This document shows positions 13,330 to 27,409 of a stretch of DNA of 64,000 nucleotides, piece by piece. The stretch spans positions 372,001 to 436,000 of the forward strand of contig JASVEC010000025.1 of the NCBI GenBank assembly GCA_030770535.1. The letters run 5' to 3'. The stretch is from Batkoa obscura (lineage: Eukaryota). Every line of letters starts with the position of its first letter. Positions within the stretch are counted from its first letter, which is position 1. Position numbers and translations under genes: made by a program. The notes below the pieces were generated by a model that ran no database searches, was not told the DNA's origin, and saw only the letters and a program-made list of their open reading frames with translations.

Positions 13330-14553
13330 ATATTCTCCTTCAATGGGCTATTTTAAATATACATCCAAAAATCCAACTTACAGTTGTATCCAATCAAGGT
13401 ACCAACCTTTTCATTAGAGTTTAGTTGAAAAATATTATTCAAAACCACTCTTATCCTTGTTCCAATGTTATTTTAAGCAATTTCGTCATTTGGACTTTTA
13501 CTTATTAAAGCCTGTGTCTATCACATTATAAGCTTGAGCCCTCCTGTGAATGAGCTTTGTATTAATACGGGACAGCATAACTTACTTTTTTAATATCTTT
13601 GGTTGAACTCATAAATAAATCAGATCTCTATAGTGGTACTTGGGACTATTTGCATTGACAATAACTATGGAGTAATTTCTGATATTCTAAAATAAGTAAA
13701 ATTATAGTCAAAATAAAACAATAATGTGCCTATTTGGCAACGAACATTTCGCCTATTGAATTCTTAGTCGCATTAGAAAACCAGCTGTCACAACTTGTTT
13801 GTTAGCGAGGAATTAATCTTTGGTAATAAAGTATTATCCGGGTACTGGGCCTTAAAGTTAAAGGAACATAGAACTTACCTTGCACTCTAATTGGTAAATT
13901 TTAATTTATTGATTTCGAATATATTTATAACATAGATACAGAATTTCATATTATGATACAAATGATATCATATCACATTTATATTCTTGACTTGTGGCTT
14001 TTCTATGGCTTACAATGTAATATACTAAAAGTATTTAATTAATAGCAAATAGATTAACCAGAGCATACAAAACTTATTAAGATCAAATCAATATAAGAAC
14101 TTGGAACATTGAAAAGTGAACTAAAATTTATGTCGGCTTCAGATTGAATTATTTGGATTTTTTACTTGTAAGATTCCTAATTAGAAAGCCAGATAATAAC
14201 ATGTTGTAGCATGATAATACTTGTATAATTTTCATCTTGCTTTAATACACCATCTCCTTTTTAACCAAACTAATTTATGAAATATGCATTATAATTAAAC
14301 TCCAGTACTTACTACTCCATGTTTAGTTCATTTTTGATTAAATACAAATTATGAAAGTTGCCAGCTACTAGCTAATGTCTTATAGATTTTCTTATTTTAT
14401 AGCTAATTAGGCCAATTAATAAAAATTAACAATAAATTAAGTCCTTTTGTTTAAAACCACTTTTTATTAAATAAAACTAATATTAGTTGGGTATAAGTTT
14501 AAAACTACATAGTCATTTCAATTTAGTATTAACGACTTTTTACTTTTCTATAT

Positions 14554-14640
14554 GGGGGTGTTTTTTTAGCTTTCATTATTTTTCCGCTCAAATAGCGCTT
14601 AAAAAATGAAAAAAGTGATGAAGCCAAAAAAAACACCCCC
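14554..14640. mobile_element. MITE family A variant with the same end on both sides
   Basis: GGGGGTGTTTTTTT..TTCAT-type end at both termini; ATAT TSD. Confidence 0.8.
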
Positions 14641-14738
14641 ATATCTTTTTAGATTTTAAACTTGGGATTTTATCTTTTATTATAGTTCAAATAATAATAA
14701 AATGCTTTAAAATTTTTTGTTTTTTTTTAGAACTATTT

Positions 14739-14764
14739 AGGGATGTATTTTTTTGTTTAATAAT
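14739..14764. mobile_element. Truncated MITE family A end abutting an LTR
   Basis: AGGGATGTATTTTTTTGTTTAA is directly followed by the LTR start TGTGAAAG. Confidence 0.6.
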
Positions 14765-15245
14765 TGTGAAAGTTGGTACTCAGTGGTAGGAGTTAAAAGC
14801 AGTTCTTGGTTGATTAACTTGCCTTGAGTCGAACGGTCTTAGTTTATATAATTAAGATAGACTTAACTTAATAGAAATAATACGTAATAAGCTACGAATT
14901 ATGTAAAACAAATACAATGGAAAATACTACCGTAAAATCTATGTAAGATGTTGTCAGAAAGACTTAGTGACTTTATTAATGATACGTTATCAGGGAGTAA
15001 TCCAATTAAAAAGCCTCGAGTTATTGTGTTGAGTAGTCTCTTTTATACTCCAACTGAGTGGCTATATATATGGAACACAATAACAGCTGTTCCTTATTAT
15101 AGTTACCAAGTATGAACATTAAAACGTGGACAATAAGTTCTTCATGATCAGGTGGTAGCAATTCTCACAGAAAATCCAAGTAAAGAACTCTGAATTGGTT
15201 ATTATATTATAATCAATCCTAGAGCTAATGAAGCAATATTTCACA
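14765..15245 (+). mobile_element. LTR copy 2 (481 bp)
   Basis: TG..CA termini; colinear with 8931-9411; no matching TSD. Confidence 0.85.
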
Positions 15246-15480
15246 ATTGCTATATTTTGATTAAAAATACTATGAATAAAATAATCTTACTTATGCAAAT
15301 TAGTTTAAATAAAAAGTTTTAAAATTAATTTAAACTTTTAATAGTTTTCAATAGTTTAGCAAGGTAATACAAACTATAAAAACTAAATTTATATTTTTTT
15401 ATATTTCAATTATTTAACTATTTATTATACTTTGTTTTTATATTAAAACTTATATTTTTTATTTGATTTATTTTTATTAT

Positions 15481-15558
15481 TTTATATAGTTTATTGGTAG
15501 ATATTTTATACAGTTTATTGGTAGATATTTTATATAATTTATTAATGGATATTTTATA
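15481..15558. repeat. 24-bp minisatellite, ~3 copies
   Basis: TTTATAYAGTTTATTGGTAGATAT repeated; the third copy is degenerate. Confidence 0.7.
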
Positions 15559-15695
15559 CTTACGTATTTTATGTAACATATTAATAAATATTTTGTACTT
15601 ATAATTTATAATTTATTTTAATTATATAAATTAAAACTTATTGATTATCAGCTTTATTTAGAATTATAATATTGTAAATAGTAGCTGTTATTATT

Positions 15696-16244
15696 TATAA
15701 AATATTGCTTTATCAGTTCTATAATTGATTATCACATAATAATCATTTAACTTGTTTACAAAACTAGATGTAGTCTTGTAATCAATTTGAGCGTGATCCA
15801 TGTGATACAATCAATCCAAAGTTCTTTACTTGGATTTTCTGTGAGAATTGCTACCACCTGATCATGAAGAACTTATTGTCCACGTTTTAATGTTCATACT
15901 TGGTAACTATAATAAGGAACAGCTGTTATTGTGTTCCATATATATAGCCACTCAGTTGGAGTATAAAAGAGACTACTCAACACAATAACTCGAGGCTTTT
16001 TAATTGGATTACTCCCTGATAACGTATCATTAATAAAGTCACTAAGTCTTTCTGACAACATCTTACATAGATTTTACGGTAGTATTTTCCATTGTATTTG
16101 TTTTACATAATTCGTAGCTTATTACGTATTATTTCTATTAAGTTAAGTCTATCTTAATTATATAAACTAAGACCGTTCGACTCAAGGCAAGTTAATCAAC
16201 CAAGAACTGCTTTTAACTCCTACCACTGAGTACCAACTTTCACA
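15696..16244 (-). mobile_element. LTR copy 3, inverted
   Basis: 15820-16244 is the reverse complement of 14765-15189. 15696-15819 is a degenerate, longer 3' end. Confidence 0.85.
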
Positions 16245-16666
16245 ATTTATAAAGTATAATATTTTATTATATAATCAAATGCTAAACTTTATTTATATTT
16301 TCAGCTTTTTAATGTAAAATGTTTTTTATTTTTTTTAATTATATTAAGTAGCATTTTAATATAAGTATTTATTTCCTTTATTTATATTTTTTCCTTCTTA
16401 TTATTGCTAGTATAACTTTATATTTTACTGAATAACTTTTTTAAATATTTTTCACGTTTTTTTAATAAATTATTAAGACTTTTTTTTCTAACTTTCAGCT
16501 TTTTACAATTAATATAAAATCATTAAGCTTTAATCATTGAATTTTATATATTTAAATAATTTTTAAATTATTATTTTATAGATTGAATAATTCAGTTAAA
16601 AGTTTCAAGTCATAAACTATAAAATAAAATAAAATAAATTTTATAAGTTTTATTTAATGAATATAT

Positions 16667-16764
16667 AAAGGGATGTTTTTGGTTTTATCACCTTTTCTGT
16701 TTTTTAAGCATTATTTAAGTAAAAAAATTGTTAGTAAAATTCTTAAACAAAAAAAAAAATCTTT
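16667..16764. mobile_element. MITE family A copy (strongly AT-decayed)
   Basis: Core TTGTTAGTAAAATTCTTAAACAAAAA is retained; ATAT flanks. Confidence 0.65.
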
Positions 16765-17007
16765 ATATATTATTTTATAACTTTTTTGAAATATATTAAT
16801 TATTAATTAATATTCAATTATTTAAATATACTTAATTTTAATTTTAAATGAAAATTAAAACAATAAGGGTTTATTAGCATTATTATTATTAAAAAATTGC
16901 AATTAAATTACTTATTTAATAAAAAATTAATAAAATAACTTTAATGCAAAAAAAAGTATAGCAGCTTAATTATATAATTTGATTTTAAAACTTGTATAAA
17001 AACATAT

Positions 17008-17103
17008 GGGGCGTTTTTTGGCTTCATTATTTTTTCCGTTTTTTAAGCGCTATTTTAGCGGAAAGATTGTTAGTAAGATTTTTAAACAAAAAAATACATC
17101 CCC
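17008..17103. mobile_element. MITE family A copy
   Basis: Consensus match; ATAT TSD. Confidence 0.9.
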
Positions 17104-17776
17104 ATATCCTTATATAATATATTTTTATTTTTAATCATTTCTATTTTGTAAATTCTTTAATATAATATAATGTATTAATTAAAATAAATTTTTATTTAAA
17201 AATATTTTTTATTAGCTTTATAAATTATTTTTAATTGTTTTGTTTTAATATTAAATAAAAATAATTAAAACATTATATTTTTAATAGAAAAATAAAATTA
17301 CAGCTTTTAAACATGAAAACTTGCTAACTTTTTATTATTTTATAATATATAGTATATCTAAATAAGTTTATTTTATCTGATAGTATTTTTTAATTTAATT
17401 ATATAATTTTTAATAGCATGTTTATTATATTATCTGTTTTTTAATTAAATAAGTTGATTAAATTTAATTATATTAAAAATTAAATTATCATACTACAATT
17501 TGAAAAGAATTCAGTCTTTTTAATTTTACACAATCATGCTTTATAATAGTAAAGATATTATTAGCTTGAAACATAAAAAATTTATATATTATAGTAAATT
17601 AATAACAAAAATAGCTTATAATGGAATATTTTTGAAAAATTTCACTTTGCATTTCATAAAAATAGTTATCATCAATTAACTTATTAAATAAAATAGAATA
17701 ATAAAATATAATATAAACAGATATCAAAAAGCTACAAACAATAAAAAAATAAGCCAGTAATGTTTTTAAAATCTAC

Positions 17777-19479
17777 TTAATTATCTGGAGCACCAAACCC
17801 ACCACCTCCCGGGGTTAAAATGACAACTCTATCCCCTTTTTCTACTTTAACTGATGCTTTGCCCCCAATATTAAGTTTCAATCCATTTTTTTTAACTAAA
17901 AGATTTTGGCCTGGTTGAGCGCTTAAACCACCGTTTAAGCCATAAGGAGATCTAGCTCTTCTTTCAGATAAAATATTAACATCCATTGATTTTAAAAATT
18001 CAATTTCCCTCTTTACTCCATTACCTCCATTAAATTGACCTAATCCCCCAGAACCTAATTATTATAAATTAATTATTAATAAATCAATTGTTTATATTAA
18101 TTCTATCACCTTCACGTATACTAAATCCTCTTAAAATCACTGGATATCTCTTTTCTAAGATCTCTACATCCGTAATTCTAGTATTAGTCATATGTACATG
18201 CACTCCAGACTGTCCATGCCAACTTGGTCCAGCACCTGAGCCACCAGCAATTGTTTCATAGTAACCAAAGGTAGCATCACCAAATGTTAAATTATTACAA
18301 CAACCTTGAGAAGCAGCCGCTGCATTAAATGCTTTAAAGATAGTATCACATACCCTTTGAGAAGTAGTAACATTGCCACCAACTACAGCAGCTTCAGGAG
18401 ATGGATTAAGTAAACATTGATCTGGTATAATAATACTGATAGGTTCTAAACAACCTGAATTTAATGGGATAGCTTCATCAATTAAACATCTTAAACAATA
18501 TAAAATAGCAGAATGAGTAACTGCTTTTGGTGCATTAAAATTATTATAAACTTGTTCTGTTGTACCATCAAAATTGAATTCTGCACTTCCATCTTTATTA
18601 ATTATTATTTTTAATTTGATTTTACTACCATCATCCATAAAATCTTCACTTTGTAAGATTCGATTTTCTTCTCCTTCTTTGATAAATTTCTTTAATAAAG
18701 ATCTTACTGCTGAATTGGCATTTTGTCTAATAAATCTCATATAACTTAATACTACATTAAGTGAATTATCATTAATAAGTTGATTTACTAATTGAATACC
18801 AATGTTATTAGCAGCTACTTGTGCCTTTAAATCGGATAAATTATCTTCCCAACATCTCGTACCAGAACTATTTGGATGATTTAGTTTAGGTTGATTAACT
18901 AAAACATCTCTAATCTTATCATATTGAAATACATTATCTTCTACCAACTTTAAAGATAAAATGGAGGCCCCTTCTTCACTCAAGTATTTAGAATTTGGTG
19001 GCATCGAACCTGGTAAAATACCACCAATATCCGCATGATGGGCACGATTAGCTACAAAGAATACAACTTGATCTTTATAAAACACTGGTGTAATTACTGT
19101 GATATCGGGTAAATGAGAACCACCAGCTACTGGATGATTAGTGACTATAACATCCCCTGGCTTCAATCTTAAATTTATATCTTTTTTACTTAATTCATTG
19201 TAATGTTCTATTTGCCATTTTACTGCAAAAGACAAAGAGCCCAAATGTACTGGAATATGCGGGGCATTTGCTATTAATCCACCCTCAGGTCCAAATAAAG
19301 CACATGAAAAATCTAAACGTTCTTTAATATTTGTTGAGACTGAAGTTTTTTGTAAAGTTCTTCCCATTTGCTCAGCAATAGCCATAAATCGATTACTAAA
19401 GATGGATAATTTTATGGGATCTGGTTTAATTTCGGTAGTTTGATCTATCGCATTAGTGGTATTATTATTATTATTATTA

Positions 19480-19510
<31 letters not shown>

Positions 19511-21828
19511 CAATCTTTTTAATAATAATGTGATCTTTTGATATTAAAGCCAACCAACTAGGTTCAATTAAATTAGTAGAATTAGGTTCAACAATTAAAG
19601 CAGGGCCAACAACAACATCTCCTTTATTTAAATCATTTAGCGAGTAAACTTTGGTATATAACCAACCATTTTCAAAATATACTTTTTTTATAAACTTTTC
19701 TTTAACATTACTACCTTTTGCTAAACAATTTTCAATTTCTTCATAAACTGTTAATTCCTGATCTTCACTAATCGTAATTTCATTTTTACCGATTCCACTT
19801 ACTCTAATATCATCTACAATTATTTTTTTATCTTTTAACAAAAATCCAAATTGCTGTAAATGAGATTGATTAAATTGTTCTTCAAAACCCGAGATATTTT
19901 TATCATTCATTAATATCATTAATGAACAATCTGTATTATCATATCTTAAATTAAAATATACTTTAAATTCAACTCTATTTTCATTAACACCTTTACTATT
20001 AAATTCATCTTTAACTTTTCCTTTTAATTGTTGAATGATTTGATTCAATATATCAAAATTCTCTTCAATCAATGGATAACTAGTAGGCTGTTGTTGCTCA
20101 TAAACAATTTCAGCTAAGGATAATCCATAAGCAGATAAAATAGACGAATACTTATGAATTAATACCATCTTAATACCTAATAAATTAGCAATTGAACAAG
20201 CATGTTGTCCACCAGCACCACCAAAGCAACATAATATATGTTTACTAGTATCCCAACCTTTATTTTCAGTTAATCCACGAATGGGTCGAGCCATTGCTTC
20301 ATTGGCTACTTTGATAAATCCATATGCAATATCTTCAACACTTAATTGAATTTTATCTTCATTATTAATTTGTAATTGTACTTTTTCAAAGGCTTTGTAA
20401 GTACTATTGTAATCTAATGCTTCATCTTCTTTGGGTCCAAATATCTTTGGAAATAATTCTGGAATTAAGCGTCCTATTTTTACTATTATTAACTATTTTT
20501 ATATAAGATAAAACTATTTTAATTTACCTAATAGTAAATTAGCATCTGTAACTGCAAGTTCACCCCCTTTTCTATAACAAACAGGACCTGGAGAAGCACC
20601 CACAGAAGAAGGTCCAACTTGAAATAAACCTCTTTGGTAAATCAATTTTGAACCACCACCTGCAGCAACAGTAGAAATTTCTAATTGAGGTGATTGAATA
20701 ATAACTCCACCCGTATTTGATTCAAATACATGTTCTAAATTACCATCAAATCTAGATACATCGGTACTAGTACCACCCATATCAAATCCAATAATGGGTA
20801 ATTTTAAATTATTATTATAACTTGTTTTACTATAACCAATAACACCACCAGCAGGTCCAGATAATATGGCTTTTAAACCACTAAATTTATCTAATGTACT
20901 TAATCCGCCATCACTTTGCATAAATAATAATTTATTTTTCATTTCACCTTTAAATTTATTTGAAAAAGATTTTATATAATTTTGAATGTGTGGAGTTAAA
21001 TAACCGTCTACACAAGCAGAGGATGTTCTTGGTAAATATTTAATCATTTTAATTGTATCGGAAGATAATGTAATATTTTCAAATCCCATTCTTTTAGCTA
21101 ATTGAGCTACTATTTGTTCATGTTGATCATATAAATAAGAATGTACAAAACAGATAGCAACGGATTTAATTCCGCTTTCCAATAATTCTTTTAATTCCTT
21201 TTCAATTATTTTGAGTTCAGGTTCCTTTTCAACAATTATTCTATCCCCAGTTTCAGTTTGAATACCTCCTTCTTTAATTATGGCTATTCTTTCATCAACT
21301 TCAATTACTTTTTCATATAAAATACTTGGTTTAATACATTTCAAATCAAAGATATTAGGCCTTGCTTGAGTACCAATCTCTAAAACATCTTTAAATCCAC
21401 TAGTAGTAATTAAACCTAGTCTTTCTCCTTGTCTTTCTAATAATGCATTAGTAGCTACAGTAGTTCCCATTCTTATACTTTCTAAAAATTTGTTAGGATA
21501 AAATTATATTTAATTAATTTTTAACTAACCTATTTTATCCAAGTTAATCTTTTCATCTCGAGATAAATCCACCTTATAGATATCAGATAAAAGTCTTCTT
21601 ATACCTTCTGTTGGTGCATCTTCATAATTCGCTTTATCTTGACTTAATAATTTAATCACTTTAGTTTGAAGACTCCATTCATCATTCTAAATATTTTGAT
21701 TTTAATTATTTATTTCTTTATACTATAATAATAATTACTATCTTCTCTTCCCAACAAGCAAAACAATCAGTAAAGGTACCGCCTCGATCAATTGAAATAC
21801 GAACTTTTTGAATAACTGTTTCTTTCAT
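17777..21828 (-). CDS. OXP1: ATP-hydrolysing 5-oxoprolinase (hydantoinase A+B fusion), multi-exon
   Basis: Motifs IDRGGTFTD, MGTTVATNALLER, DMGGTSTDVS, NIKERLDFSCA, GSHLPDIT, YYETIAGGSGAG and TPGGGGFG; short GT-AG introns. Confidence 0.95.
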
Positions 21829-22307
21829 TTCGTTTTTATTTAATAAAAAAATAGTTTTTCATTTCACGTATTTATATCTAAAGTTCAAATTACTAATCAA
21901 TCTCAATAGCATTGAGTCAAAAAATTCATGATGTCACGTAACAATTTTTCAACACTTTTATTGGCGCTGTTTATCCCATTTAAAAGAATAGCAATGATTA
22001 TTAAACAAGTAACTAAATTAACACGTATAGCATTTACTTAAACATACCAGTTTTCTTTTTTAATTACCCAGTTTTTCAACATTTGTTCATCAGTTTTTCA
22101 TTTAATATTACTATTTGGATTTTCTGAATGCAGAAAACATCAATTGAAACTGACATACAAATTATTAAAAAATCGATACAGTCATTTTATAAACCTGTAG
22201 GATCAAAGTGAAAACCGAGATGTTTAAATAGAAAAGTATCATAAGGTTAATACTATACAAAAAATAAAATCATCATTACAAAAAAATGCTTTATTTCAGC
22301 CCCAAAA

Positions 22308-25300
22308 CTATTGTTCTTCCACTTCATTAGAATAATGATATGAATGTTTCCTCATTTGGGCAAGTTGTGCTCTAGCAACCGCCAATTCCTTTTCCAATTT
22401 AAGAATGGACACCTGTTGCTCCATTTCTTTAACTTTAAATTCATGTGGTGCTACATTGGATAAATCCATCGAACTACTTTGTTGTTTTTCCGATAATGCT
22501 TTAACTGCTTTAACCAATCCTTTAGAAGCATTAGTTACTGCTTTCGATGCTTCTTCCAATTGATTTTGTGTTTTAGAATGTAAACTAGCTTTAACCCTAG
22601 AAGCAGCTACCAATTGAGCGGTAGCGGCTGATACCTCATTACAAGCAACCATTAATTGTTCAAGGCTATGAGTACCATGAATTACACCATCCGCTGATTC
22701 TACTAAATAATTGGTAGCCATAGCTACTGCTTTTGCTGCTGATATCAAACCTTCGGTCCATCGATTATTCTTTTTATAAAACGCTGTTTTTGTACTTGAT
22801 CCCTTACCTTGAGTAACAATTTCTTGTTGGGAAGCAGTAGCACATTTAATAAGGTGAGCAATGGCATTAGTAATAGCCATAGCCGAATCTAAAATTGAAG
22901 AATGAACTTGGCGATCAATGGTAGTAAGCTTAGGATCCATAGGTTTATTCATTAATGTTGATAGTTTCATTGTAGCTTCTTCAATTGCTTTAGCAGCATT
23001 TAACATCTCCCTTTCTACTAAATCACCTAAATCTTCCATGGAATTCTTGATTTCTAAAGTGCTGGCATCTTTAACTACTAATTTTTCAGTCAATTTAGCT
23101 ACTTCTGAAAGACTAGATTGAATTTCTTTATTGGCCATAGCTACAATTTCTGGTCTAGAAGTAGCTGGTACACTTGAAAGCTTATCTGAAAGTAATTTAG
23201 TAAAGAAAGCTTTAATGGATCTACCACCCAATAATGTTTCAGAAGTTAACAGTTCTACCATATTATCTTCAGCTAATCTAGTAATTCCTTTAACTTCATT
23301 TAATAGCTGATCAGATAATTGAGTAAAGTTAATAGCTAAACTAATTACTTCGGAATGTTCTGCATGATCCGAAAGATAATCATAAAGTATAGCTGAAAAC
23401 TCATTAGAAGCAGTAATTGTACTTTCAATCAAAGATAAAGCATGTTCTGGTGTAGCAGCTACGTTACCTTGAGCATTAGTAGATTCAAAATCAAAAATAG
23501 ATTGATCCATTTTTTCAATACAACTTCTAAAAATGGAATCTAAAATTTTATTAAGCTTTAAGTTATGTTCTGAATTCAATGTAACCAATTTTCTTTGAAA
23601 TCCAGTGGATGTTTGATTGGTTGAATCTTGTGTTTGTTTTAAAGCGATCAATGTTTGGTCCATAGCTGCTTGTAATACATTAATTTCTTCATCTTTACTT
23701 GTTCTTAAATTGTTCAATTCTCCTCTCACTGTATCTAAACTACCTTGTAGTTCCATCATCTCCTTCATTTTGATATTGATTTGTTGATTGAGATTTTGTT
23801 TTTCTCTTTCAAAACGTTGCATTAATTGTGCTACTTCAGCTCCCTTACTTTGTCCAAGTTCATTTAATTGACTACGCATCATTTCACTTTCTCTACGTAA
23901 GCGATTCATTTCTTCTTGATGAGCTACCTTTAATCGATTGAGTTCTGCTTGTGCACGATCACGTTCAGTAGCCATTTGAGTGACTTGTGATGCTTTAGTT
24001 TGAGCCTCATGTTTCATTCTTTCCATAGCTCTGACGGCTTCAGCAGCCTGACCCAATTTAGACGTAGCTTGTTTATATTTATTCAATAGATCCAAATGTT
24101 CTTGACGTAATTGAGCATAGGATTTAGCTAAAACTTCATATTTTGATTTCCACATATTTACTTGATCTTCCAATGATTTTAACATAGCAGTACTATTTTG
24201 TTCCTGTTGATTTAATTGTATTGTTTTTAATTGAATTTCCCTTTCAAGTTGTTGGCTTCTACCTTGATTTTGTTGATATAAAAGTTGATCTCTTTCATGT
24301 CTCGCTCTTAAATTAAATATTTCTTGTTCAAGCTCTTGTAATCGACCATGAACCTGTCTTTGAATTTGATTTTGTTGCATTCTTTGAAGTTCTTCTTGTT
24401 CTCTTTTTTGTTGTTGGATGAGTTGATCCTCATAAGCACGTTGTTGTTCTTCATAAGCTCTTTGTTGTTGTAAACGTTCTTGCTCCATTCTTTGTTGTAA
24501 TAAAATTGAATTTTGTTTTTCTTGTTGTAATCTTTCATATTCTTTTTGTTGTTGTAAAAGAAACTCTTGGCTCATTTCAGGTAAGGGTGCTGGTGGTGGT
24601 GGTGTTGGTACATTACGAGTAACTTCAAGTCTACGAATTGGTTCTCCAGGTACAAAAGAGGGTGGATCTTTCGACAATTCAGGTACGGTAATTAAGGAGG
24701 TAAGGTACCTAATTTGTGAACACTCAAAATAAAATTGACGATTATTTTCATGGAGTTCATAAAACTTATTTTTTAATGGTACTAAAGCTTCTTTGATTTC
24801 AATTGATTGATACATAGCTGTGAGCATAGATTTTATAAATGTATAAATAGCAAATGATTCTTGAACTAATGGTACTAAACAAGATATCTTACACTCATTG
24901 TTTGGGGATCCACCAAGTGAACGAAATACCTGTCGATGGAAACCATCTTGACGTTCAGCTAATGAAATCAATTGTCCAATAGTTTCATAGCCTGCATTTG
25001 GATCTGATACACCTCGCATACTTAAATAATCATCATAATCAAAGTTAGCAGGAAACTCTGGATTTTGACGATGAAAGTCAAGTTTATTAAGTATATACTC
25101 AATATAACCACGAATCAATGGACCGTAGCCAAAGTTATCATTCGAAAATAAATTACGTCCTAAACTTTGAATAAAACTAATTTCGTTAAAACTTTCTCTT
25201 AAGACCTAATTGAATTTTAATTAATATTGTCTTTTCTAGTTTAAGTTCTATTTACATTTGGATGCCCATCACGAATAACTTTATGGATGGTAATCAAAGC

Positions 25301-25589
25301 TTTAAAACATTGAACTTCGTCTGAACTTAAAGGCTGTGATTGCATGCCAGACCAAAAAGAACGAGAAGATTTGAAGTCTTGAGTGAATACGATACAAGCT
25401 AAAATAAAAATAAAAACTTTATTAAACCCCACTACTAACAAAAAATTAAAAAATTATCCACTTACTTCTAACATGCTTTTGCTTTGGCGCACTTTCTTCA
25501 ATACTCGTTGCCTTTTTAATGGCTTGAGCTAACTCTTGCTCCGCTTTATTCGGATCAATCTGTCGACTGGATAATGAATTACTAAACAT
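22308..25589 (-). CDS. SLA2: Sla2/End4 (HIP1R) endocytic adaptor: ANTH, coiled coil, I/LWEQ
   Basis: KATSIEESAPKQKHVR, KALITIHKVIRDGHP, FYKKNNRWTEGLISAAKAVA and EMEQQVSILKLE; two 5' introns. Confidence 0.95.
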
Positions 25590-26004
25590 TTAAAAAAATA
25601 AAATGGCACTTTTGAAAAATCAAAATTCTTTTTGGTTTCACTTCTTGGCTTTAAAAACTGAGTTAAAACTGATTGGTTGAATTTACTGATCTCCAATCAA
25701 TTCAATGTTCGATTTTTATTATACTGTAAGCTGAGAAGTGGTATATTAGTTATAAATAGGCTGAGATTGTTCTATTATTTGATGCAGTTTATTTCAAACT
25801 TCCGATTAGAACTATTAATAATCTGAATGATAAGCATAATTAGAACCATATTAAATAAGGTGTGCTAAAGAAATTAAGTGTCATTTCGATGTAACAATGA
25901 CTTTAATAATAACTAAAACCAATGACGTTGATATTAAATAATTTGTAGAAGGGTATAAAAAAGATGAAAAATTACTAATATCAATAACAAAAAAAGAAAT
26001 CAAT

Positions 26005-26394
26005 ATGAGAAGTTTATTATTAAAATCAAGAAACTGTTTAAAGGTATCATCCGTCAGTAACAATTTAAGATGTTACTCGATTTTAAATACGTTTGATGAA
26101 ATTAAAGGCAGTACTAAGGGTAGCAGTAGTAAAGGTAACTCGAGTTTATTTTGTATCTATTTTTTATTTACTGTTTTTCCTAAAATAGCTAAGAAGAGTG
26201 AAATTATGAAAGAACATAAAGAATGGGACATCGAAAATGCTACAGACTCAGAAGAAATAGTAAATTATAATATATAATATGATAACATAATTAATAATCA
26301 ATGGTAGGTAAAAGCCGAATTTGAAAATACAAGAAATATTGATGAGCTTAAAAGAGATACCGTGGAACATTTGAAGAAAACACATAAACAATAA
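26005..26394 (+). CDS. Small putative mitochondrial protein, 3 exons
   Basis: Basic Ser-rich presequence ending R-C-Y-S. Spliced C-terminus WDIENATDSEEIVKAEF...KKTHKQ*. Confidence 0.6.
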
Positions 26395-26440
26395 ACTGTA
26401 TTTAAATAAAAGCTTATTTTATTATGTTTTATTCATTGTT

Positions 26441-27409
26441 TTATTTTGTCATATGCCTTTTACCGAAACAAATTAAAATGATAAAAGAAGCTAACGAAAT
26501 TAAAGCAATATTCCATAAATAACCTATACTATCAATAAAAATACCAGTAGAAGGAATTAATGGGAAGGAAGCTCTTAAAGCAGGGGTAGCAAATAGAATA
26601 GAAAGACTTAAAGGTAACATAGGATCATCAACACTTCTTTTTAACAATAGAACTTGCAAAGACAAAGCAAAGAAAGATAACGAAATTCCCCACAATAGTA
26701 AAATTAAAAAAATGGAAAATAATTTAACAATGGAATCTCTTTGTATAATTATATTATAAGTTGTATTTGATTCATTTTCTTCCGTTATTATATTAGTAGT
26801 AAAAGTTAATGGTAATGATAAATACTTTAATTTGTTCAATAATAATAAATCTTCCTTTTCATCCATTATTATTGTTTTCAAATTACATTTATAATTATCA
26901 AAAGGATACATTAATTCACTACCAGCTATTATAGAAGTTCGAATATGTCTATCACTAAAATAAAATAAAATTAATTAGTATGTTGTTAACTAATATAAAA
27001 TAATAAACTAATACAAATTAAAATTTTCATCTTTTTTAAAATCATATTGTTCTTCATTTAATAAAATACTTAAATTTTGTTTTAATTGTTTATTATCGTT
27101 ATCTTCAAAATACTCCTCTCCTAATTCCAACTTAACTTTTAACTCACAAGTTCTAGAATTCGTATCTACTTTAATTAAATGAATCATTGGAACAATGCTC
27201 TTCCCATTACTATTATCATCTTTACTACTACTACTCTTACTGAACCTCTCTATATCTGATAAATTACTATTGTTAATAACAAAAAAATAAAAATTTAATA
27301 ATAAGATTAATTGAAATATAAAAAACATTATTATTATAATACTAACTTTTAATCTTATTCTTTCATACCACCGTTTATTGGGATTATTATTAGTTAATAT
27401 TGAAAGCAT
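26441..27409 (-). CDS. DUF4436-like membrane protein (~302 aa; intron 26955-27014)
   Basis: N-terminal TM, a beta-rich domain with YPFD, then three C-terminal TMs with LFATPALRASFP..G...D....W. Confidence 0.7.

Noticed and set aside
13229..13417. 62-aa ORF
   Set aside because: Starts in the MITE TSD/TIR; spurious.
13340..14300. Possible decayed gene or transposase (CDSWFSN, GWYLDWIQL on the minus strand)
   Set aside because: No continuous frame or diagnostic motif; needs tBLASTx.
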